This document shows, piece after piece, positions 1-9,125 of a stretch of DNA of 32,325 bases (position 1 is the first letter of the stretch; the number at the start of each line of letters is the position of its first letter). The translations under genes were made by a program, and so were the position numbers. The notes beneath the pieces were generated by a model. It did no database searches and had not been told where the DNA came from. It saw only the letters and a list, made by a program, of their open reading frames with translations. Source of the stretch: Octopus bimaculoides (taxonomy: Eukaryota); assembly GCF_001194135.2 (NCBI RefSeq), contig NC_068995.1, forward strand, positions 53,025,995-53,058,319, written 5' to 3'.

Positions 1-45
1 TAGCTTTATGCAATTTTTATACGGCACCGGTGCTATTCTGTATTC

Positions 46-170
46 GCTTTTCAACCACGTGATTCTGGGTTCTGTTCCGTTGCGTGGCATTTTGGGTCCG
101 TCTAAAGCTCCGATTTGACAAATATCTTGTGAACGAATTTGCCTGGCGGAAACTGTGTGGATGCTCGTTA
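46..170 (+). mobile_element. SINE family A (tRNA head + CORE-like body), degenerate copy
   Basis: caaccacgtgattctgggttctgttccgttgcgtggcattttggg aligns by eye to better copies at 2181 and 30387. It is followed by a (TA/TG) microsatellite and a family B segment. Confidence 0.7.
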
Positions 171-274
171 TGTATGTGTATGTATGTATGTGTATTGTGT
201 ATGAATATATGTATGTATGTGTGTGTGTGTGTCTGTGTGTGTGTGTGTCTGTGTGTGCGTGTGTGTGTGTGTGT
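170..274. repeat. (TATG)n/(TG)n microsatellite between SINE A and SINE B parts
   Basis: Directly visible. Confidence 0.95.
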
Positions 275-372
275 GTTCCGTTTATCCCCTCACCGCGTGA
301 CAACTGTTGTTGGTCAGCCTACGTCACTGTAACTTACCAGTTCCTATAGAATAAGTACGAGATTTGAAGTAG
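275..372 (+). mobile_element. SINE family B segment, degenerate
   Basis: gacaactgttgttggtcagcctacgtcactgtaacttaccagttc...atagaataagtac matches the reverse complement of the B copies at 15948 and 21521. Confidence 0.65.
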
Positions 373-387
373 GCGCTAGTATCAATT

Positions 388-502
388 CCTAGGACCGGAC
401 CCCTATGGCTGTGCTCCGGCGTATCCACAGCCTAACCACTGATATATATATCAGTGAAAAATATGTGGATACGCTGGACATAGATATCCTTGGCGGAGGT
501 AA
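388..502 (-). mobile_element. Probable Helentron/HINE-type non-autonomous element terminus with adjacent foldback
   Basis: 488-502 CCTTGGCGGAGGTAA reads TTACCTCCGCCAAGG on the minus strand, which I recall as the subterminal repeat of Helentron-associated elements. It abuts an imperfect hairpin (388-493). The other end was not found. Confidence 0.4.
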
Positions 503-1475
503 ATATATACACATATGAAAATATGCATACATATGTATATACATTATACATATATACACATACAATAAAACCTCCGTAGGCCAGAAACCCTTGAACAAGT
601 ATTTCCCTAGCTACAATTAGAATATCGTTGAAGAACAACCATGCACTATCAATGTATGGTGTAATATAAACTACAAAATCACCATAAACCGAGAAACCAA
701 GAAACTCTTATCCCATTCATGCTGATCGTCTGTTTAAACTGACCCTTAATTTATAAGGGTATAAAACAAATACCTGATACAAATTGTGATTTGTGTATGA
801 TCTGTATCAAAGAATGAAACATGTTCTTAACGCGTATGCATTCCGTGTCAAACAGATTTCGGTGAATTTTTTCCCAGTTGTTATTTAGGTCAAAATGATA
901 GTTATCTGTAAATTTTCAGGCAATTTCATTCACTAGAAAAATTTCGGCACGAATGGGTTAATAAGTTCAACTCTACGAGGAGTAGGGACGATTTCAATGA
1001 AGGACAGCTTAGAGAAAACGACGAGAAAACAAGATGTAAAAGCTTCACCGACTACAAGCACGTCAAGAATATACTTCCATCATCAAATGCCAACACACAC
1101 ACACACGCACATATATACAGAGGAACTACAAGCTAAATTGGCGTACTGTTCTCTTCTCCTACGCTATAACCTTCATAATGTTCTTCGCAGCTTGCAACAC
1201 ACGCAACGTTCGCAGCATTCGCGGCGTATGCAACATTGGTGAAAAATTAATAATAAAAAAGATATACATATAAGTGTAAGAGTAAAAACAACGACAAGCA
1301 AAGAAACGGGAAAACTGAAGACCAATCCAAATCTAATATCGGTAGAGACTTTCAGGAAGCAAACATAGATGTTTGTTAGACTACATAGAATTGGAACTAT
1401 ATAGATAAGTATGGAGAAGCCATGTACGAATTATAATTTCAGCGTGACGACAGCATTGCAGTGGCTTCTTTGACA

Positions 1476-1610
1476 AACTCCCACTCCCACTCTCTCTCTC
1501 TCTCTCTCTCTCTCACATACACACACACACAATCTCTCTCTCACTCCTTCTCTCTGTCTCACTCCCTTTCCCTCACTCCCTCTTCTTTTCCTCCCTCCCT
1601 TTCTCTCTCT
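1476..1610. repeat. (CT)n/(CA)n compound microsatellite
   Basis: Directly visible. Confidence 0.9.
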
Positions 1611-1654
1611 CGTCTAGACCAGAAGAATTTCATTGTTGATTATAACTCATATAA

Positions 1655-1890
1655 CATCATCCTCCTCCTCCTCCTCATTATCATCATCATCATCATCATC
1701 ATCATCATCGGAAACAGCAGCAGCAGCAGAAGCAGCAGCATCTTTGCAATCATCATCACCTATACAATTATCACTATCATCTATGCAATCTCCATCGTCA
1801 TCTTCAACATTTCTATATCATCATCATCGTCGTCGTCGTCGTCATCAGCATAGTCGTCGTCATCATCATCGTCATCATCATCATCTCTAT
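1655..1890. repeat. Compound trinucleotide repeat (CAT/CCT/CAG/CGT)n
   Basis: Directly visible. It explains the poly-S/I/H ORFs at 1461 and 1633. Confidence 0.95.
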
Positions 1891-2180
1891 CATAGTTCTG
1901 GCCGCTTGCAACAAAGATCTTTCACTATCAACACCCAAACGTATTTTGGCTTCGAATCTAAATCATATTTGCGTACGTTTTCATATATATATATATATTT
2001 GTATACATTGTAAAAATAGTTAAACAAGCAGGTCCTTCGTCGATTTCGAAGATGAGTATCTCAAGCTGAGTAATCCACGGATACATTCGCACTTAAAACG
2101 TTATCCTTGCTTGACAGAATGTGAGAAAACGATGACTCTGAAATCATATATGTGTGTGTGTGTGTGTGTTTATGTGTGTG

Positions 2181-2300
2181 TTGTGCGGTAAGAAGTTTGC
2201 TTCCCAACCACATGGTTTTGGGTTCAGTGCCACTGCGTGGCACCTTGGGCAACTGTCTTCTATTATAGTCTCAGGCCGATCAAAGCCTTGTGAGTGGATA
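2181..2300 (+). mobile_element. SINE family A (tRNA-derived head, CORE-like ccttgggcaa segment)
   Basis: ggtaagaagtttgcttcccaaccacatggttttggggttcagtgccactgcgtggcaccttgggcaactgtcttc. It has a B-box-like GGTTCAGTGCC and is homologous to about 9 other copies in the window. Confidence 0.9.
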
Positions 2301-2894
2301 TCAGAAAGCACAGATTCGAATTTAAGAACCCGTGATTGTGAAGCGAATGTGTTAACAATTCTTTGATTGTTGCAACACACACACATTCACACATACATTA
2401 GTATACACACACAAATATATGCACTTATGTTCAGCTCAACCTTAATCAACTCGAGTAATTAATGTTATAAGAAAAGGAATCGTACTAATTGAATTTCTCA
2501 CAGTTCGGATTTATTATAACATATAAAAAATATGGCAATGTGTTTCAACCCCGTGAAAGTGTGCAATAAAAATTGCAAGAAACAGTTGTTGGCATTTCTC
2601 ATCGTGTCCTCACCTCAGTGACTTACAAAAGCTGAAAGGTGTTATTAGGTGAAAACAAAGATGTTGAAGCGGCTTTTCGCTGAGGTTTTTTGAAAATCGT
2701 TTTGAAGGTGCTTAGTAAAATTAAGGTTCAAGAATAAATGATTCGTGTAAAAAAACAAAAACATTGCACGAAATCGAATTTAGTTTTGTAAGAAATGAAA
2801 TATAGCATCTGTTATATCTAGGTACGGTCATTATGCCTATAATAAACATACACCCTAATGCTATTCCACTTCTTTTATTGTTATTTGTCCGTGA

Positions 2895-3097
2895 AAGGCA
2901 GTGAAGTGACCGAATCATTGGCACGCCGGGCAAAATGCTAAGCGGCATTTCTTCCTGCTTTGTTTTGATTTCCAATTCCACCAAGGTCTATTTTACTTTT
3001 AATTATTGCAGGGTCGATAAAATAAAGTACCACTTGAGCAGTGGCGTCAACGTAATCGACTGCCTTCTAGCCCTAAAAAATTTCAGATCTTGTGCCT
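2895..3097 (+). mobile_element. SINE family C, near full-length, diverged
   Basis: Head aaggcagtgaagtgaccgaatcattggcacgccgggcaaaatgctaagcggcattt, middle gggtcgataaaataaagtacc, tail cttgtgcct. Colinear with the copy at 27700. Confidence 0.85.
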
Positions 3098-3209
3098 ACA
3101 GAAGAAAGAATTATTATCAATTAAAATTTAACCAAATAATTTATCGATTGTTTGATAATCGTTCGCCCAATCAATCAGTCATCTGGGTTTGTCAGATACG
3201 TTTCGCAAA

Positions 3210-3399
3210 TTCATTCGCTATTCGCAACGTTCTTCGCCTTCCGCACTCTCATTCGCCATTTGCAGTTTCGTTCGACATTCACAGTCTCATTCACCATTCG
3301 CAGTCTCATTCGCCATTCGCAGTGTCATTCGCCATTTGCAGTCTCGTTCGGCATTCGTACTCTCATTTTCCATTAGCAACCTCATTCACTATTCACGAC
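3210..3399. repeat. 19-bp minisatellite, 10 copies (consensus CTCATTCGCCATTCGCAGT)
   Basis: Units in exact 19-bp register from 3210 (3248, 3267, 3286, 3305, 3324, 3343 and so on). Confidence 0.95.
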
Positions 3400-3815
3400 C
3401 TCTCTACTTTAGGTAGTTCAGGTTTGTTTCTCTATCTTCTAGTTTACAAACTCTCTTATCGAATCCACCACGCATTATTCGAAACAGTATTCGTTGAGGA
3501 TTGATTCTATCGTAGAGTTTACAAATCAATTCTGCGAAATAGAAACAAAACATAAAACAAAGGATACCAAAATAGTGCTTAGTAAGTTCCTTCTCTCCGT
3601 TGACTGACAAGTGCCACAAAACAGAATCAAAGAATGCAAACAGAAGCAGTTGCCACAGTTATTCTCAAGAGATAAACAGAATACACTGAAGGACGGTTAA
3701 CTATTTCCAGCCATTGTAGGAGATCTATAAATTATCTACTCATCCACATTTACAAACGGTTATGGACATGTTTGCAATTCGTCAAGTGTCGAGCCATATT
3801 TATATATATATATAT

Positions 3816-4794
3816 NNNNNNNNNNNNNNNNNNNNNNNNNNNNNNNNNNNNNNNNNNNNNNNNNNNNNNNNNNNNNNNNNNNNNNNNNNNNNNNNNNNNN
3901 NNNNNNNNNNNNNNNNNNNNNNNNNNNNNNNNNNNNNNNNNNNNNNNNNNNNNNNNNNNNNNNNNNNNNNNNNNNNNNNNNNNNNNNNNNNNNNNNNNNN
4001 NNNNNNNNNNNNNNNNNNNNNNNNNNNNNNNNNNNNNNNNNNNNNNNNNNNNNNNNNNNNNNNNNNNNNNNNNNNNNNNNNNNNNNNNNNNNNNNNNNNN
4101 NNNNNNNNNNNNNNNNNNNNNNNNNNNNNNNNNNNNNNNNNNNNNNNNNNNNNNNNNNNNNNNNNNNNNNNNNNNNNNNNNNNNNNNNNNNNNNNNNNNN
4201 NNNNNNNNNNNNNNNNNNNNNNNNNNNNNNNNNNNNNNNNNNNNNNNNNNNNNNNNNNNNNNNNNNNNNNNNNNNNNNNNNNNNNNNNNNNNNNNNNNNN
4301 NNNNNNNNNNNNNNNNNNNNNNNNNNNNNNNNNNNNNNNNNNNNNNNNNNNNNNNNNNNNNNNNNNNNNNNNNNNNNNNNNNNNNNNNNNNNNNNNNNNN
4401 NNNNNNNNNNNNNNNNNNNNNNNNNNNNNNNNNNNNNNNNNNNNNNNNNNNNNNNNNNNNNNNNNNNNNNNNNNNNNNNNNNNNNNNNNNNNNNNNNNNN
4501 NNNNNNNNNNNNNNNNNNNNNNNNNNNNNNNNNNNNNNNNNNNNNNNNNNNNNNNNNNNNNNNNNNNNNNNNNNNNNNNNNNNNNNNNNNNNNNNNNNNN
4601 NNNNNNNNNNNNNNNNNNNNNNNNNNNNNNNNNNNNNNNNNNNNNNNNNNNNNNNNNNNNNNNNNNNNNNNNNNNNNNNNNNNNNNNNNNNNNNNNNNNN
4701 NNNNNNNNNNNNNNNNNNNNNNNNNNNNNNNNNNNNNNNNNNNNNNNNNNNNNNNNNNNNNNNNNNNNNNNNNNNNNNNNNNNNNNNNNNNNNN
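3816..4794. other. Assembly gap (N)
   Basis: N run flanked by (TA)n. Confidence 1.
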
Positions 4795-5264
4795 TGTATG
4801 TATGTATATATATATATATATATATATTGTTTGGAAGCTCTGTTGATTGAGACTTTCCAACGCATTGCGAGAAGTGAGTTATATCTTACGGTCTTTCTGT
4901 ATAGAATATTAGATGCTTCAGTAACGTTTTAAACACACCTAAAGGGAATTTTCGTGTTCTGGTAGCATGGAAATTTTCGGGTGATGGAAGGTTTTCGAAG
5001 CTCTTCACTGATGTGGTTTCAACCATATTTGTTGCTAGAATTAGCAGTCTAATCTCACTCAAATCACACCAATGCATGAAGAACACATCAGGTTGCGTAG
5101 CTGTAGATGTTCTATAGTTGCAAACATGACTGTAATTTTTATTTTTTTTATTTTCTTTTACTTGTTTCACTCATTTGTTGCGTCCATCTATGACATATCT
5201 ATGTATATGTGTATGTATGTATGTGTGAGTGTGTGTGAGGCGTCTCCGCCCTACACTGGTTAAG

Positions 5265-5460
5265 GACCGCTTGACAACCGGTGTCAGTTTGTTTATGTCC
5301 CTGTCACTGAGTGGTTGAGCAAAGGAAAACGGTAGAATAAGTAGCAGACTTTGGAAGCATAATTAGTACGAGGCTCCCTTTGTTACACTAACGCTAACCC
5401 TTGAAGGCGGTGCCCCAGCATGGCCACGGTCCAATGACTGACACAAATAACAGATAGAAG
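5265..5460 (+). mobile_element. SINE family B, diverged
   Basis: accgcttgacaaccggtgtc...ggtagaataagtagc...gaaggcggtgccccagcatggccacggtccaatgactgac. Confidence 0.85.
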
Positions 5461-5555
5461 ATATAAAAAAACAACAAAAACGAAATAGAAAGAAACCCGA
5501 GACGGCCATGTTTGGACCGTCTTGGTAAAGGAACATCACACCGGAAAATGTTATA

Positions 5556-5558
<3 letters not shown>

Positions 5559-5631
<73 letters not shown>

Positions 5632-5642
5632 CGCAAATGATT

Positions 5643-5689
<47 letters not shown>

Positions 5690-5730
5690 GGTTGGCTGGC
5701 TGGATGGGTGGATAGATGGATGGATAGACA
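5559..5730. repeat. (GA)n-(GACA)n-(GATA)n-(GGAT)n compound microsatellite
   Basis: Directly visible. Confidence 0.95.
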
Positions 5731-6409
5731 GACTACGATTGAGTACAAGGAAGATAAAAATGGGATGGTCCTGACGAGAACACTTTAATCCTGTGTCTGC
5801 TAGATCAAGCTTGACTTGACCCGGAGGCTATGCAACATCTACAAGTACAATAACAACGACTGCCTCTACGACATATTGGCAATTGAACGTTAGTGTTAGA
5901 GGAGGAGGAAGAAGAGGAGGAGGAAGAGGAGGAAGAGGAGGAGGAGGAAGGTGGGGGCTTTTTTTGTTGTTAATTCTTTATTCTGTAGATATTTGTAGTT
6001 GTTGTTGCTGTATTTTACAGAATGAATCATCTGAAGTCCATGTCTTGTATTATAGTTTGTTAAAGGTTATTTTGCTCTACGTCTTCTCAATACAACAACA
6101 ACAATAATAATAATAATGATAATGATAGTAACAACAACAACAACAACAGCAACAACAGCAGTTGTAGGTTGGAGCAGAAACAGCAATACTTAAGCCACGT
6201 TCGTTTTAGCTTTGCAGCTGTTAATTCTGTGATGAATTTGCTTCATTTATTCAAACACAACAACAACAGCAACAACAACAATAGTTACATCAACAACAGC
6301 AACAGCCATAATAAACATCGTCTACATTTCTATTCTGCGAATTTCCAATTGTCAAAGAGCTTTATGCTTCTCCCTTTTTTTTTTCTCCTTCGTTTTTGTA
6401 TTTTGTTAT

Positions 6410-6423
6410 GTAGTAGTAGTAGT

Positions 6424-6465
<42 letters not shown>

Positions 6466-6970
6466 GTGTTCATTATTGAGGTGGACGTGGTGATGGTTAT
6501 GATATCAAGATGATGATGGTGATGATGATGATGATGACGAAGATGGGCGGTGATGATATTATGTGCATGATGATAATGATGATGATGATGATGATGACAA
6601 TGCCGATGATTAGGAGACGAAGAGGAGGAAGTGGAAGAGGAGGGGAAGATGAAGAAGAAAAAAAAAGAAGAAGAATGAGAAGGAGGAGGAGGAAGAGGAG
6701 AAGGAGGTGGTTGAGGTGGAGAAGAAGGAGGAGGAAGAGTGGGAGGAAGAGGAGAAGGAGGTGGTTGAGGTGGAGAAGAAGGAGGAGGAAGAGTGGGAGG
6801 AAGAGGAGGAGGTGGAGGAGGACGACGACGACGACGACGATGACGATGACAACGATGACAAACGATTATGATTGTGGTTGTGGCAGTGCAGCTGCTGCAT
6901 CTGATGATGATCATGATGATTATGAAGATGATGATGATGATGATGATAACTTGATGACGACGATGATAGA
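6410..6970. repeat. (GAT)n/(GAG)n/(GAC)n low-complexity block containing a 54-bp tandem duplication (6691-6744, 6745-6798, partial third copy)
   Basis: The two 54-bp copies are identical. This gives the 18-aa repeat in the minus-strand poly-Pro ORF. Confidence 0.95.
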
Positions 6971-7431
6971 GTTGAAATGACGTACACTCAAGGTCAAAGT
7001 GACAAAACCTCTTCATGAAGGTTACACACCAAACAATAAATAAAATACAAACAAGAAAAAGAAAAACAAGAGAAAAAAAACAAAGATAAAAACGGGAAAA
7101 AAAGGTAACAAAAAACTACCCGAATGTCCTAAGATGCGCATGCGTCTTTTATTGATAGCATAAGTCGACCATAACATGCATGAGTCACGACACACCTCTG
7201 TCCCTCTACCTTTCTCTCATTCTTTCTTTCTTTGTTTCCTTCTTTCTTCCTTTCTTTTTTCTTCAACTCCCAATTCACCACCACTGACGTCTCACTAGCG
7301 CCACCACCCCGCTATTCTATGGGAAGCACAAAAGAATCGAACCTTGAATGTAACTTAAATGGCTCCAGTTATTCTCTAAGGCTAGTTTCATATCAATTGT
7401 TAAACAATTGGAGGGATTTTTGGCTTGCTAA

Positions 7432-7432
7432 T

Positions 7433-7481
<49 letters not shown>

Positions 7482-7482
7482 G
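7432..7482. repeat. (AAT)n microsatellite
   Basis: Directly visible. Confidence 0.95.
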
Positions 7483-7499
7483 TTATAATGGTTTCAATT

Positions 7500-7555
7500 T
7501 TTGGCCCAAGGTCCGTACTTTCGAGGGGGCGAGTAAGTCGGATACATGGACCCCA
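7500..7555 (-). mobile_element. SINE family C 3' fragment
   Basis: ggcccaaggtccgtactttcgagggggcgagtaagtcggatacatggacccc resembles ggcacaaggcc...ggggaagaggctaagtcgatttgatcgaccc at 15151. Confidence 0.6.
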
Positions 7556-7556
7556 A

Positions 7557-7728
7557 CAGACACGGTCCCAGGAATTTTTCGAAAGGATGGCACATGATCA
7601 GAAGGAAATACAATTCCAGGAGTAAAAGGGAGTAATAACATTATTTAGAAGGGCGCATTTCATTTGTTGGGGGTAGGGGGCATGTGCCCCCCTCATCCCC
7701 CCCACCTCACCCCTTCGGTCCGCCGCTG
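7557..7728. mobile_element. Probable degenerate MITE (cagNNNcggNcc...ggtccgccgctg ends, internal gggggcatgtgccccc palindrome)
   Basis: Imperfect terminal inverted repeat (8/12). The G/C-run palindrome near the 3' end is typical of small invertebrate non-autonomous DNA transposons (from recall). Confidence 0.45.
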
Positions 7729-7754
7729 CCCAGGATTTAATCTGCAAAGTAGAA

Positions 7755-7912
7755 ACAGTACTGTATTTTTTAAAATTAATTTGTATATATTTATTTTATT
7801 ATAAACGCAAAACAGCACCACGGAGGTATCGACGTAAGCTTAAATAATAAACCGCGATAGGTGAAGCGCGATATGTGAGCAGCGATACGCGATTCGGCGA
7901 GGGATTACTGTA
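7755..7912 (-). mobile_element. Tigger/pogo-like (Tc1/mariner superfamily) DNA transposon terminus with TA target site
   Basis: The minus strand reads TA-CAGTAATCCCTCGCCGAATCGCGTATCGCTGCTCACATATCGCGCTTCACCTATCGCGG. This is the TA-CAGT..CCCTCG start with repeated ATCGCG subterminal motifs characteristic of Tigger-type elements. The opposite end was not found. Confidence 0.75.
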
Positions 7913-7964
7913 CAATAAAAACCAAATTAGAACAAAAAAGGATGAGAAAATATAATCAAATGAA

Positions 7965-8732
7965 NNNNNNNNNNNNNNNNNNNNNNNNNNNNNNNNNNNN
8001 NNNNNNNNNNNNNNNNNNNNNNNNNNNNNNNNNNNNNNNNNNNNNNNNNNNNNNNNNNNNNNNNNNNNNNNNNNNNNNNNNNNNNNNNNNNNNNNNNNNN
8101 NNNNNNNNNNNNNNNNNNNNNNNNNNNNNNNNNNNNNNNNNNNNNNNNNNNNNNNNNNNNNNNNNNNNNNNNNNNNNNNNNNNNNNNNNNNNNNNNNNNN
8201 NNNNNNNNNNNNNNNNNNNNNNNNNNNNNNNNNNNNNNNNNNNNNNNNNNNNNNNNNNNNNNNNNNNNNNNNNNNNNNNNNNNNNNNNNNNNNNNNNNNN
8301 NNNNNNNNNNNNNNNNNNNNNNNNNNNNNNNNNNNNNNNNNNNNNNNNNNNNNNNNNNNNNNNNNNNNNNNNNNNNNNNNNNNNNNNNNNNNNNNNNNNN
8401 NNNNNNNNNNNNNNNNNNNNNNNNNNNNNNNNNNNNNNNNNNNNNNNNNNNNNNNNNNNNNNNNNNNNNNNNNNNNNNNNNNNNNNNNNNNNNNNNNNNN
8501 NNNNNNNNNNNNNNNNNNNNNNNNNNNNNNNNNNNNNNNNNNNNNNNNNNNNNNNNNNNNNNNNNNNNNNNNNNNNNNNNNNNNNNNNNNNNNNNNNNNN
8601 NNNNNNNNNNNNNNNNNNNNNNNNNNNNNNNNNNNNNNNNNNNNNNNNNNNNNNNNNNNNNNNNNNNNNNNNNNNNNNNNNNNNNNNNNNNNNNNNNNNN
8701 NNNNNNNNNNNNNNNNNNNNNNNNNNNNNNNN
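7965..8732. other. Assembly gap (N)
   Basis: N run. Confidence 1.
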
Positions 8733-8750
8733 ATACACATATATATATAC

Positions 8751-8910
8751 GACGGGCTTCTTTCACTTTGCGTCTACCAAATCCATTCACAAGGCTTTGG
8801 TCGGCCCAAGGCTATAGTAGAAGACACTTACCCAAGAAGCCACGCAGTGGGACTGAACCCAGAACCATGTGGTTGGGAAGCAATCTACTTACCACAGAGC
8901 CACTCCTTGC
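8751..8910 (-). mobile_element. SINE family A, well-preserved
   Basis: Reverse complement of the 2181 copy: ...gccacgcagtgggactgaacccagaaccatgtggttgggaagc...accacagagccactcc. A-box-like TGGCTCTGTGG and B-box-like GGTTCAGTCCC on the minus strand. Confidence 0.92.
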
Positions 8911-8983
8911 GATGTGTTATACAATAACCTAACAGCGAAAACACAGCACTTGCCATTGGCTGTTTTATAACGGTTTCTAATTT

Positions 8984-9125
8984 AGGCACAAGGCCTGTAA
9001 TTTAGGGGAAGAGGATTAGGCCAGATCATCGATCCCAGTGCTTGGCATGTATTTTGTTTTATCGGCCCCCAGGAGGATAAAAGGTAAAGGTAATCTCGGT
9101 TGGATTTGAAATCAGAACATAAAAG
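8984..9125 (-). mobile_element. SINE family C, 5'-truncated and diverged
   Basis: aggcacaaggcc...atcgatcccagtg...ggatttgaaatcagaac. Confidence 0.75.

Noticed and set aside
3210-3399. Regular short repeats suggesting a CRISPR array
   Set aside because: Units are head-to-tail with no unique spacers, and the context is eukaryotic.
6330-7016. 228-aa Pro/His/Ile-rich ORF resembling extensin or a low-complexity protein
   Set aside because: All frames on both strands give homopolymer runs from trinucleotide repeats. There is no non-repetitive coding segment.
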